Shown piece after piece: positions 29,948 to 39,242 of a stretch of DNA of 64,000 nt. This stretch comes from Spirochaetia bacterium (GTDB taxonomy: Bacteria; Spirochaetota; Spirochaetia; CAKZLE01). Within the stretch, counting starts at the first letter, position 1. The number at the start of each line of letters is the position of its first letter. Both the position numbers and the translations under genes were made by a program. The notes below the pieces were generated by a model. It had not been told where the DNA came from, searched no databases, and saw nothing but the letters and a program-made list of their open reading frames with translations. Location of the stretch: NCBI GenBank assembly GCA_963677595.1, contig OY782041.1:3264001-3328000 (forward strand), in the 5' to 3' direction.

Positions 29948-30974
29948 TGCGAAGATAGTTACCCTGGGCGAGATCATGCTCCGCCTGAAGTCCCCGGAGA
30001 ACACCCGGCTCTTCCAGACCCCGAACCTGGAAGCGACTTTCGGAGGCGGGGAGGCCAACGTAGCCGTGGCACTCTCCCTCCTCGGGCTTGATGCGACCTT
30101 CGTCACCGCCCTCCCGGACAACGTCCTCGGGGACTCGGCACGGAACGAGGTACGGAAATACGGGGTCGATACCAGCTGCATCGTACGCAGCGGCAGTAGG
30201 CTCGGTGTCTACTACCTCGAGGCAGGAGCCGCACAGCGTCCCTCCAAGGTCGTCTATGACCGTGCAGCCTCGGCGATCGCCGAGGCGACTGCGGAGCAGT
30301 TCGACTGGGAGCGGATCTTTGCGGGAAAACAGTGGTTCCATATAACGGGGATCACACCGGCACTCTCTGCGACCGGGGCTGAACTCTCGCTTTACGCTGT
30401 CAAGAGAGCGAAGGAGGCCGGGCTGACCGTATCCTGCGACCTCAACTACCGTAAGAAGCTCTGGAACTATGGCAAGACTGCCCCTGAGGTGATGGGAGAA
30501 CTCGTGAAGTACGTCGACGTGATCATCGCCAATGAGGAGGACTGCCAGAAGTCCCTCGGGATCACCTCCTCCTCAGATGTGACGAAGGGCGAGCTCTCCG
30601 TCGACCATTACCGGGAGCTGGCCAACAGGGTCCTGGAAGCCTACCCGAACGTACAGAAGATCGCCATCACCCTGCGTGAGTCGATCTCCGCCACCCATAA
30701 CGGCTGGTCAGCCGTGCTTGCCGACCGGGAGAGCTTCCACTCCTCGAGGCAGTACGACATCATGCCGATCATCGATCGTGTCGGGGGAGGGGACTCCTTC
30801 GCAGCCGGCCTCATCTACGGGCTCAACAGCTTCGAGGATGGAGATACAGCCCTCAACTTCGCCGTGGCCACCTCCTGCCTGAAACACAGCATCAGCGGGG
30901 ACATCGCGCTGCTGAGCGCCGACGAGGTGCTGCTCCTCATGAAGGGCGACGGGTCTGGCAGGGTCCAGCGATAA
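29940..30974 (+). CDS. kdgK: 2-keto-3-deoxygluconate kinase (PfkB family)
   Basis: GEIMLRL, GGGEANVA, DLNYRKKLW, DRVGGGDSFAAG; next to eda. Confidence 0.88.
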   Translation: MRDAKIVTLGEIMLRLKSPENTRLFQTPNLEATFGGGEANVAVALSLLGLDATFVTALPDNVLGDSARNEVRKYGVDTSCIVRSGSRLGVYYLEAGAAQRPSKVVYDRAASAIAEATAEQFDWERIFAGKQWFHITGITPALSATGAELSLYAVKRAKEAGLTVSCDLNYRKKLWNYGKTAPEVMGELVKYVDVIIANEEDCQKSLGITSSSDVTKGELSVDHYRELANRVLEAYPNVQKIAITLRESISATHNGWSAVLADRESFHSSRQYDIMPIIDRVGGGDSFAAGLIYGLNSFEDGDTALNFAVATSCLKHSISGDIALLSADEVLLLMKGDGSGRVQR

Positions 30975-31119
30975 CGCCTCATGGGATGCTGATTGTTACT
31001 GCACTGTCAGGATTGTCAGCATTCGGTGAGTGTTTTCAAGGACTGTAAACACAATCCTCATACGATTCTCACATCCAGGTCGTAGATTAGCCTCATCAAA
31101 GACCTGTTTGGGGGACTAT

Positions 31120-31455
31120 ATGAAGAAGTTACTGTTGATCCTGGCATCAGTTGCCATCCTGCTCTCCTGTTCGATCATCCCGATGGATCTGTCGAAGATG
31201 ACGGTAGCGATCGACCAGGAGGTCGCGGCGCTGGATGCTTCATCCCGAATGCTCTTCACCGCTACCCTTGAGGACTGTGATCCTGAGGAGACCCTGCTGG
31301 TCTGGAAGGTGAACGAAACGACTGCAGGCACCGGTGAGCGCTATGAGTTCACGGTGCCTGACGGTCCCGGGACCTATACGCTCTCAGTCACCGCGGTCTA
31401 TGACGGGTTTACGGCTGCGGATATGGTGAGCTTCATCGTGACTGCCGGGGAGTGA
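31120..31455 (+). CDS. Small lipoprotein with Ig/PKD-like domain
   Basis: Lipobox LLSC; WKVN..G.G..Y.F....PGTYTLSVT. Confidence 0.7.
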   Translation: MKKLLLILASVAILLSCSIIPMDLSKMTVAIDQEVAALDASSRMLFTATLEDCDPEETLLVWKVNETTAGTGERYEFTVPDGPGTYTLSVTAVYDGFTAADMVSFIVTAGE

Positions 31456-31544
31456 AAGCCACCCAGCCTGCTATGGAAAGTCTCCCGACAATGAGGTATA
31501 ACTAGAAGTATCTTTAAGAGTACGTCTGAAGGAGTCTTCTATTC

Positions 31545-32789
31545 ATGAGTATGCCAACGGGTCCCTTCAATATCATAGTAAAGCCCATCGGGTCGGTCTG
31601 CAACCTCAACTGCGAGTACTGCTACTACCTCGAGAAGGCGCAGCTGGTCAATGACCCCGGTGAGATCTCATCGGTCATGACCGACGAGCTGCTCGAGAGC
31701 TTCACCCGCAGCTATATCGAGAGCCAGCCTGCCGGTACGCAGGAGGTGGTCTTCTCCTGGCAGGGAGGGGAGCCGACGATCCTCGGGATCCCCTTCTTCG
31801 AGAAGGCTGTAGCCCTCCAGGAGAAGTATGCCCGAAAGGGGCTGAAGGTCATGAATGCCCTGCAGACCAATGCGACCCTCGTGAAGGACGACCTCGCGAA
31901 GTTCTTCGCAGACCATGAGTTCCTCATCGGGGTGAGCCTCGACGGGCCGGAAGCGATCCATAACCACTACCGGAAGTACCCCGACGGCAGGGGGAGCTTC
32001 GCTGACGTGATGCGGGGGTACGAGACCATGAAGGCCGCAGGTGTCGCGGTCAATACCCTGACCGTCGTCCAGCACCACAACGGGGACTACCCCGTGGAGG
32101 TCTACGAGTTCCTCGACTCGATCGACTCGGAGTACATCCAGTTCATCCCGGTGGTTGAGTACTATGACGGGAGGGTATCGGACCGGTCGGTAGAGCCGGC
32201 ACAGTTCGGCACCTTCCTCAATGGGGTCTTCGACCGGTGGCTCTCCGACGGGATCGGCAGGCGCTTCGTCCAGCACTTCGACCTCTTCCTCGGCAGGTAT
32301 GCAGGCTACCCCTCGACCCTCTGCGTCCATGCCCCGCAGTGCGGGAGGGCCTTGGCCCTCGAGCATAACGGCAAGCTCTACAGCTGCGACCATTTCGTGG
32401 AACCGGCCAACCTGTTAGGGAACATCGCAGAGACACCGATGCTCGATATGGTGGAGAGTGACTTCCAGCATGAGTTCGGCAGGTCGAAGGCCTCGGATCT
32501 GCCTGCGAAGTGCAGGGACTGTACCTACCTGCAGCTCTGTTTCGGGGGCTGCCTGCGCAACCGGATCGTGAAGAGTGGTGATGCAAAGAAGATCAACTAC
32601 CTCTGCGACGGGTATACCTCCTTCTTCGAGCATACCAGGCCCTATTTCCTCGCGATGCGGGAAGCTTTGCGACACAGGCGTCAAGCCGCTGATTTCATGG
32701 ATTACTTCGATACGTCAAGGACCGGGAGGAACGACCCCTGCCCCTGCGGGAGCGGGAGGAAGTTCAAGAACTGCCACGGAAGGCAGTAG
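31545..32789 (+). CDS. Anaerobic sulfatase maturase (radical SAM/SPASM) with C-terminal SEC-C motif
   Basis: [31 protein letters not shown].....[23 protein letters not shown]. Confidence 0.95.
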   Translation: MSMPTGPFNIIVKPIGSVCNLNCEYCYYLEKAQLVNDPGEISSVMTDELLESFTRSYIESQPAGTQEVVFSWQGGEPTILGIPFFEKAVALQEKYARKGLKVMNALQTNATLVKDDLAKFFADHEFLIGVSLDGPEAIHNHYRKYPDGRGSFADVMRGYETMKAAGVAVNTLTVVQHHNGDYPVEVYEFLDSIDSEYIQFIPVVEYYDGRVSDRSVEPAQFGTFLNGVFDRWLSDGIGRRFVQHFDLFLGRYAGYPSTLCVHAPQCGRALALEHNGKLYSCDHFVEPANLLGNIAETPMLDMVESDFQHEFGRSKASDLPAKCRDCTYLQLCFGGCLRNRIVKSGDAKKINYLCDGYTSFFEHTRPYFLAMREALRHRRQAADFMDYFDTSRTGRNDPCPCGSGRKFKNCHGRQ

Positions 32790-32793
32790 TATC

Positions 32794-33471
32794 TTACATA
32801 CCCAATGTTTCCCGCGACATATCCTCTGCATGTACTAAGTGGTCCCGCATGAGTGCTTCCGCCTTCTGGGGGTCACGGTCCCTGATCGCCTGGAGGATAG
32901 CCAGGTGCTCTTCCGATGCGTATTCGGCAATATGCTGCTCATATGAGTGGGCGAAGCCCCAGTGGCGGATCAGCCAGGTCTGCTCCTGGATGGTCGAGAG
33001 CATGTTCTGCAGCCGCTCGTTCCCCGTAGCCTCGAGGATCGACCGGTGGAAGAGCTGGTCGAGCTCGATATGGGTGTTGCTGTCCCCCGTCTTATCGCTC
33101 GAGACGAACTCCCTGATCATCCCCATCATCCCGTCGACGACCTCGGGGTCCATCCGTTCTGCAGCCAGGGAAGCTGCGAGCTGCTCGAGGTAGCGCCTGA
33201 TGCGGTGGAGGTTCTCCACGTCGGCAGGACTCGGGTCGAAGACCGAATAGCTCTTCCCATCATAGGTGACCAGCCCCTGTGAGACGAGCTCCTTGAGCCC
33301 CTCCCGTATAGGCGTCATGCTCACCTGGATCTCCTGCGCGAGGGTATCGACGATCAGCCGCTCACCCGGTGAGAACTCCAGGGAGAAGATCCTGTCCTTG
33401 ATGATGTCGGCGACCTCCTCACTGAGGTAGCGTCTCCTGGGTATGGTGAATGAGGTTCTTTCGCTATTCAT
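32794..33471 (-). CDS. GntR/FCD family regulator
   Basis: PGERL, VSMTPIREGL, FHRSI..GN, EHLAIL, MRDHL. Confidence 0.92.
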   Translation of the reverse strand: MNSERTSFTIPRRRYLSEEVADIIKDRIFSLEFSPGERLIVDTLAQEIQVSMTPIREGLKELVSQGLVTYDGKSYSVFDPSPADVENLHRIRRYLEQLAASLAAERMDPEVVDGMMGMIREFVSSDKTGDSNTHIELDQLFHRSILEATGNERLQNMLSTIQEQTWLIRHWGFAHSYEQHIAEYASEEHLAILQAIRDRDPQKAEALMRDHLVHAEDMSRETLGM

Positions 33472-33576
33472 ATGGCTTCCTTGTCACGCAGCATTATCTT
33501 CTATAGTATCTGTTCCCTCAGGCGTTGTCCAGCAGTATTCATGTAGTAAATTTAGTATACAATACACAAAAAAGAC

Positions 33577-33618
33577 TTGACTTATATTTCATATATGATA
33601 TTTTATATATGAAATATA
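33577..33618 (+). promoter_or_regulatory. Promoter with palindromic GntR-type operator
   Basis: TTGACT (33577-33582) followed by TATATTTCATATAT-N8-ATATATGAAATATA (33583-33618). Confidence 0.75.
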
Positions 33619-33659
33619 TAGTAAGTTATGAACCACATCATTACGAGCAGGAGTTATAC

Positions 33660-34568
33660 ATGAAGCAGATCAAGGCTTCCGAAGTAGTGAACGAGCAGGA
33701 TGTTGAGAGACGGCTCAACATGATCGCCTACAAGGCGCAGGAAGCTCGTCTGAACGTATTACGGGTACTCCATGAGAAGGGTACCGGACACTGGGGCGGG
33801 GCGGCATCTTCAGCTGATGTCATGAACTACCTCTATTACGGCAGGATGAACATCGATGCGAATGACCCGCAGAAGGCTGACCGTGATCGGTTCATCCTCA
33901 GCAAGGGCCACGCATCGACGATGCTCTATGCCACGCTGGGAGAGCGGGGATACTTCCCGATCTCAGAGCTGAAGACCTTCAGGGAGATCGACAGCAACCT
34001 GCAGGGCCATCCCTGCATGCACGCGACACCGGGAGTCGACATGTCGACCGGGGCGCTCGGCCACGGCATCTCCGTCGGCCTCGGCATGGCACTTGCCTCC
34101 TCGCACAGCGGTAAGGACTTCTGGACCTACATCATGGTAGGCGAGGGGTGCCTCCAGGAGGGGAACAGCTGGGAAGGCATCATGGCAGCTGCCAAGTTCA
34201 AGCCTAAGCGGTACGTCCTCCTCGTGGACTACAACAAGGTGCAGCTCGATGGGACCGTTGACGACATCATGCCGCTGCACCCGCTGAAGGAGAAGTTCGA
34301 GTCCTTCAACTGGACCGTCGCCCCCAAGGCCTATGACGGCCATGACTTCAAGGCCATCCACGAATCCTTTACCTGGCTTGATGAGGCATCATCGAACGGT
34401 GAGGCAGCAGGCCCCTTCGTCATCATCTATGATACCCACAAGGGAAAGGGCGTCAGTCATATGGAAGACGACAACAGGTGGCATGGCGCACCCATCGACA
34501 AGGACAACTTCGAGATCGCGGAACCGCAGATCCTCGCGCGACTGGCAGAACTGGAGGCGGCACTATGA
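33660..34568 (+). CDS. Split transketolase, N-terminal (TPP-binding) subunit
   Basis: GHWGG, DRFILSKGH, LQGHP, STGALGHG, GEG..EG..WE..N, WHG. Confidence 0.93.
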   Translation: MKQIKASEVVNEQDVERRLNMIAYKAQEARLNVLRVLHEKGTGHWGGAASSADVMNYLYYGRMNIDANDPQKADRDRFILSKGHASTMLYATLGERGYFPISELKTFREIDSNLQGHPCMHATPGVDMSTGALGHGISVGLGMALASSHSGKDFWTYIMVGEGCLQEGNSWEGIMAAAKFKPKRYVLLVDYNKVQLDGTVDDIMPLHPLKEKFESFNWTVAPKAYDGHDFKAIHESFTWLDEASSNGEAAGPFVIIYDTHKGKGVSHMEDDNRWHGAPIDKDNFEIAEPQILARLAELEAAL

Positions 34569-35497
34569 AGAAGACAGCAATGAGAGAGGCGTTCGGGAAA
34601 CACCTCGTCGATATGGGGTCACGCTACCCTGAACTGATGGTCCTCGATGCCGACGTGTCGGGATCCACCAAGACAGCACTCTTCGGGAAGGAGTTCCCCG
34701 ACCGGTTCTTCAACGTCGGGGTCGCTGAGGCGAACATGGCAGATGTCGCTGCGGGGCTCGCTACCTGCGGCTACCACCCGGTGATCAGCACCTTCAGCAT
34801 CTTCTTAGCACTCAAGAGCACCGACCAGATCAGGAATGTCATCTGCTACAACAAGCTGCCGGTGATCATCGCAGGCGGCTACGGCGGCATGTCGGACTCC
34901 TTCGACGGTGCATCGCACCACTCGCTCACCGACGTGGCGATCATGCGGGCGTTCCCGAACATGACCGTCTTCACCCCTGCCGACGCGCAGGAGGTACGGG
35001 ATGCATTAGAGGCAGCGATGAAGATCGACGGGCCGGTCTTCCTGCGGCTCAGCAGGAACGAGACGCCTGAGCTCTTCAATGATGCAGAGCCCTTCACCGC
35101 CGGCAAGGCGAGGAAGCTCACCGACGGCTCCGATATCTCCATGGCAGTAGCCGGGGTACCGACGAGTATCGCGATGGAAGCGGCGAAGACTCTCGCAGAC
35201 GAGGGGATCTCGGTGGATCTCCTCGAGATCGGCACCATCAAGCCGATCGACCGGGAAGCACTCGCCGCATCGGTGAAGAAGACCGGGAAGCTGCTCACCA
35301 TCGAGGAGCACAATGTGTACGGAGGTCTCGGCTCCGCCTGTGCGGAAGCCGTGACGAAAGAGGTGCCTGCACTCATCGACATGATCGGGATCAACGATAC
35401 ATTCACCGAGTCAGGACCATATGATAAGCTGATGGAGAAATACGGACTGTCAGCAGAAGCGATCGTGGAGAGGGCAAAGGCCCTCGCAGCAAGGTAG
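34565..35497 (+). CDS. Split transketolase, C-terminal subunit
   Basis: RFFNVGVAEANM, DQIRN, DGASHH, IKPID, EEHNVYGGLG. Confidence 0.93.
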   Translation: MKKTAMREAFGKHLVDMGSRYPELMVLDADVSGSTKTALFGKEFPDRFFNVGVAEANMADVAAGLATCGYHPVISTFSIFLALKSTDQIRNVICYNKLPVIIAGGYGGMSDSFDGASHHSLTDVAIMRAFPNMTVFTPADAQEVRDALEAAMKIDGPVFLRLSRNETPELFNDAEPFTAGKARKLTDGSDISMAVAGVPTSIAMEAAKTLADEGISVDLLEIGTIKPIDREALAASVKKTGKLLTIEEHNVYGGLGSACAEAVTKEVPALIDMIGINDTFTESGPYDKLMEKYGLSAEAIVERAKALAAR

Positions 35498-35506
35498 GAG
35501 GAAACC

Positions 35507-36787
35507 ATGTCATTGAAAGAGACCGCAAATCAGTTGTTGAAAGATTGGAAGGGTGAAGCATACACCTTTGGAGTAGGTGTACTCGATACGATCGGGGATG
35601 TCGCAAAGCAGTTCGGGTCCAAGACCCTCGTGATCTCAGAACCGATGTTCGACGGGATCAACGCTCGTGTGTTCGCATCATTGGAGCAGGCAGGCGTCTC
35701 GGTAGAACCGGCGCAGATGATCCAGGGAGCGAAGCCGAACGCACCGAGGGAGGATGTCTACCGGCTCGAGAGCTACATCCTCCACTTCCAGCCTGACTGC
35801 CTCATCGTGGTCGGCGGCGGGTCGGGGATCGACGCAGTCAAGGCTGCCAACGTCCTCTACACCCTCGGGAAGGAGCACTCAGCAGACATCGAGTCCTACT
35901 TCGGGACCAATATGGTGACCGATGCTCTTGCAGCGACGGGGAAGAAGCTCCTTCCGCTTATCGCGGTACAGACCTCGGCAAGTTCAGGTGCCCAGCTGAC
36001 CAAATATGCGAACATCACGGACCCGGTTGTGGGTCAGAAGAAGCTGATCGTCGACAACGCGATCATTCCCTCACACCCCTTCTTCGACTACGGTGTGACC
36101 GAGACCATGCCGATCAGACTGACCATCGACGGTGCCCTTGACGGCATCGCCCACTGCCTCGAGGTATTCTTCGGTGCAAGTGACGAGACCTACGAGCAGA
36201 CGAAGAAGATCGCAGAGACCGCGATCGAGCTGGTCGTCGAATATACGCAGAAGGTCATCGAGAACCCGAAAGACTCTGATGCCAGGGAGGCGATCGGCCT
36301 CGCTACCGACCTCGGCGGCTATGCCATCATGGTCGGCGGGACCAACGGGGCGCACCTCACCAGTTTCTCACTGGTCGACGTCACCTCACACGGACGTGCC
36401 TGCGGGATCATGAATCCCTACTACACCGTCTTCTTCGCACCCGCGATCGAGCAGAAGCTCCGTGTGGTGGGTGAGATCTTCAAGAAGCACGGGTACATCT
36501 CTGCAGACCTCGGTGCTCTTGCAGGGCGTGAGCTCGGGATCGCCGTGGCTGAAGGCATGATCGCCTTCAACGAGACCGTCGGCATGCCGAAGACCCTCGG
36601 CGAGCTCGAAGGGTTCTCGGACAAGCACATCGAACGGGCACTGACCGCCGCGAAGAATCCGCAGCTCAAGATGAAGCTGCAGAACATGCCCGTGGCACTC
36701 ACTGCCGAGCAGGTCGACGAGTACATGAAGCCGATACTCCTTGCTGCGAAGACCGGGGACCTTTCCCTGATCAAGAGCATGGCGTAA
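35507..36787 (+). CDS. Iron-containing (group III) alcohol dehydrogenase family protein
   Basis: GGGSGIDAVKA, DGIAHCLE, GAH, SHGRAC metal ligands. Confidence 0.9.
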   Translation: MSLKETANQLLKDWKGEAYTFGVGVLDTIGDVAKQFGSKTLVISEPMFDGINARVFASLEQAGVSVEPAQMIQGAKPNAPREDVYRLESYILHFQPDCLIVVGGGSGIDAVKAANVLYTLGKEHSADIESYFGTNMVTDALAATGKKLLPLIAVQTSASSGAQLTKYANITDPVVGQKKLIVDNAIIPSHPFFDYGVTETMPIRLTIDGALDGIAHCLEVFFGASDETYEQTKKIAETAIELVVEYTQKVIENPKDSDAREAIGLATDLGGYAIMVGGTNGAHLTSFSLVDVTSHGRACGIMNPYYTVFFAPAIEQKLRVVGEIFKKHGYISADLGALAGRELGIAVAEGMIAFNETVGMPKTLGELEGFSDKHIERALTAAKNPQLKMKLQNMPVALTAEQVDEYMKPILLAAKTGDLSLIKSMA

Positions 36788-36866
36788 GATAGACGAGACG
36801 AAGGTGTACCGGTGGTACCCGGTCTGATGACAGGTACCACCTCCACTTGTTAGAAGGAAAGGATCG

Positions 36867-38243
36867 ATGAAGAACATACCCATACCATTCGGCAGTGAAA
36901 GCCTCTCCTGTGCAGTCCCCGAACAGACTGACATCCTCGCGATGGCAGGAAGTACTGCACTGGAAGCCTGCCAGGACCGCATTGCAGATTCCCTTGCCGA
37001 GCCCATCGGTACACCGATTTTTCGTACCATCATCCGGCAGAAGCTGGATGGGACAGCTGAACCCACGGCAGTCATCGTGATCTCGGACAACACCCGCCCT
37101 GTTCCCTACACAGGCGAGCAGGGGATCCTGTGGCCGCTGGTCGACCAGATGATCTCCGAAGGGGTTAAGCCGAAGAACATCACCGTTCTGGTAGCCACCG
37201 GTACCCACCGGGCCCTGACCACCACAGAGACAAAGAAGATGATCGATGCGCGGGTCCTCGACCTCGGCATCGCGGTCATCAACCATGACTGCAAGGATGA
37301 GGAGAGCCTGACCTACCTTGGGACGACCGTGCGGGGGACGGAGGTCTACATCGACCGGGTCTACCTTGAAGCAGACATCAAGATCCTGACCGGGCTCGTG
37401 GAGAGCCATTTCATGGCAGGCGCATCCGGGGGACGGAAGTCGATCTGCCCGGGACTCATCGGGGAGGATACCACCTTCATCTTCCACGGACCGAAGATGC
37501 TCGCCGACCCCAACTCCGACGACCTGGTGCTCGAGGGCAACCCCTGCCACGAGGAGGCGCTCGAGGTGGCACAGAAGGCCGGGGCCGACTTCATCGTGAA
37601 CGTCGTGCTCAACAACGACCTCGATGTGACCGGGGTCTTCTCCGGGGACCTGCAGAAAGCCCATGAGGCGGCGGTCGCGAGTGTGAAGAAGCATGTGGGG
37701 GTTCCCTATGAGAAAGAGTACGATGTGGTGATCACCCACGGCGGGTTCGTCGGGATCAACCACTACCAGGTGGCGAAGGCAGGATCTGCCGCGAAGAAGG
37801 TGGTGAAGCCCGGTGGCTACGTCATCATCGCGGCGGACAACAGCGATGGGACCAACCCCGTCGGCGCGATCACCTACCGGACGACGCTGCAGCTCATGAA
37901 GCTGATCGGGGCATCCAATTTCATCAAGCTGATCTGCTCCGATGACTGGAGCTTCATTCCCGAGCAGTGGCAGGTGCAGAAGTGGGCCGAGCTCTTCGAG
38001 AAGATCCCGCTCGACCACTTCTACTACTACAGCCCCCAGTTCACCAGCGCCCATTACGAACTGTGCCCGGGGATAGACGGTTCCCGGTTCTCAGAAGGGG
38101 AGACAGTCGACCTCAAGGTCGCCTCCTTCATCGCGGGCTCGATCGCGGATGCCGCGAAGAGGCTGGGGAAGGGGATCGATGAACTCGAGATCTGCTACCT
38201 CACCGACGGCCCCTACGGGATCCCCGTGAAAGGGATGCTGTAG
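36867..38243 (+). CDS. larA: LarA-family nickel-pincer (NPN) alpha-hydroxyacid racemase/epimerase
   Basis: DNTRP, ATGTH, HFMAGASGGRKS, FHG, YQVAK; substrate not determinable. Confidence 0.88.
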   Translation: MKNIPIPFGSESLSCAVPEQTDILAMAGSTALEACQDRIADSLAEPIGTPIFRTIIRQKLDGTAEPTAVIVISDNTRPVPYTGEQGILWPLVDQMISEGVKPKNITVLVATGTHRALTTTETKKMIDARVLDLGIAVINHDCKDEESLTYLGTTVRGTEVYIDRVYLEADIKILTGLVESHFMAGASGGRKSICPGLIGEDTTFIFHGPKMLADPNSDDLVLEGNPCHEEALEVAQKAGADFIVNVVLNNDLDVTGVFSGDLQKAHEAAVASVKKHVGVPYEKEYDVVITHGGFVGINHYQVAKAGSAAKKVVKPGGYVIIAADNSDGTNPVGAITYRTTLQLMKLIGASNFIKLICSDDWSFIPEQWQVQKWAELFEKIPLDHFYYYSPQFTSAHYELCPGIDGSRFSEGETVDLKVASFIAGSIADAAKRLGKGIDELEICYLTDGPYGIPVKGML

Positions 38244-38249
38244 AAGCGT

Positions 38250-38930
38250 ATGGCACAGGCACGGGTGAGAGTTACGAGGCGGCACCTGAACGAGCAGGTT
38301 GCCGCCATCATCAGGCAGCGCATCATCTCCCTGGAGTTCCCGCCGGGGGAGCGGCTCATCGTCGATACCCTCGCAAGTGAGATCAACGTCAGCATGACGC
38401 CGGTCCGCGAGGGGCTGAAGGAGCTGGTATCTGAAGGCCTCGTTTCCTACAACGGGAAGAGCTACTCGGTCTTCAACCCATCGAGGGCAGAGATCGAGGA
38501 CATCTTCAGGATCAGGACAGCCCTTGAGCAGCTCGCGGTCGTGCAGGCAACAGGTTCCATGTCAGCTGATGAGGTAGGGAAGCTGCGGGAAGACTACCTG
38601 CAGTCCAGCGGCGGGGGGACTCCCTCGATCGATGCCCAGATAGCCTCCGACCGGCTGATCCATGACGCGATCTGCCGGCACTCACGCAATGAACGGCTAC
38701 AGTCGCTCATCAAGCCGCTCCAGGAGCAGACCTGGCTGGTCAAGCGATGGCTCTACACACAGACCGACACCGGGGAACTCATGAGCGTGATCAATGACGA
38801 ACACCTTACAATCCTCGAGCGGATGGCAGCACAGGATGGTCCCGGGGCGGAAGAGGTCCTGAAGCGGCACCTCATCACGGGCCAGGAAGCGATCATGAAG
38901 CTGTTCAGGGATGGGAACCTGCTGCAGTAG
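38250..38930 (+). CDS. GntR/FCD family regulator (paralog of 32794-33471)
   Basis: LEFPPGERLIVDTLASEINVSMTPVREGLKELVS, nearly identical HTH to the divergent GntR. Confidence 0.92.
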   Translation: MAQARVRVTRRHLNEQVAAIIRQRIISLEFPPGERLIVDTLASEINVSMTPVREGLKELVSEGLVSYNGKSYSVFNPSRAEIEDIFRIRTALEQLAVVQATGSMSADEVGKLREDYLQSSGGGTPSIDAQIASDRLIHDAICRHSRNERLQSLIKPLQEQTWLVKRWLYTQTDTGELMSVINDEHLTILERMAAQDGPGAEEVLKRHLITGQEAIMKLFRDGNLLQ

Positions 38931-38939
38931 GGTTACTGG

Positions 38940-39239
38940 CTACAGCATCCGCTTTGCCCAGGCTGATTTCGTCTGAAGCCCTTCGAAGATAGGTCCTGAG
39001 ACCGATGAGGGGAAACCGTCAGGAAGGCCGGCGATCGTCTGCCCGATGACATCATCAACGGCCGTGATGAGGTTTTCCAGCAGCTCGCATGTCACCTCTT
39101 CATGGATACCAACACTTCCGGCTGTACGAATCCAATGGTCCGGGAGAATCTTCTTCCAGTGGTAATGAACCACCTTCATAGCCATCTTCAACCTGTGAGA
39201 ACTCAAGGAGCTGCCTTTCCGGTCCAGGTAGGGATAAGC
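38940..39239 (-). pseudogene. hipA: hipA C-terminal fragment, split off by IS insertion
   Basis: Reads AYPYLD...LKMAMK..YHW; joins in frame to YDITS of the N-terminal part once the IS is removed. Confidence 0.88.
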
Positions 39240-39242
39240 TGA

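Noticed and set aside
36790-36860. CTGATGA inside a GGTGGTACC/GGTACCACC hairpin upstream of larA, suggesting a hammerhead ribozyme or fluoride riboswitch
   Set aside because: No GAAA correctly placed after a stem II and no fluoride-type pseudoknot complement; treated as a plain intergenic hairpin.
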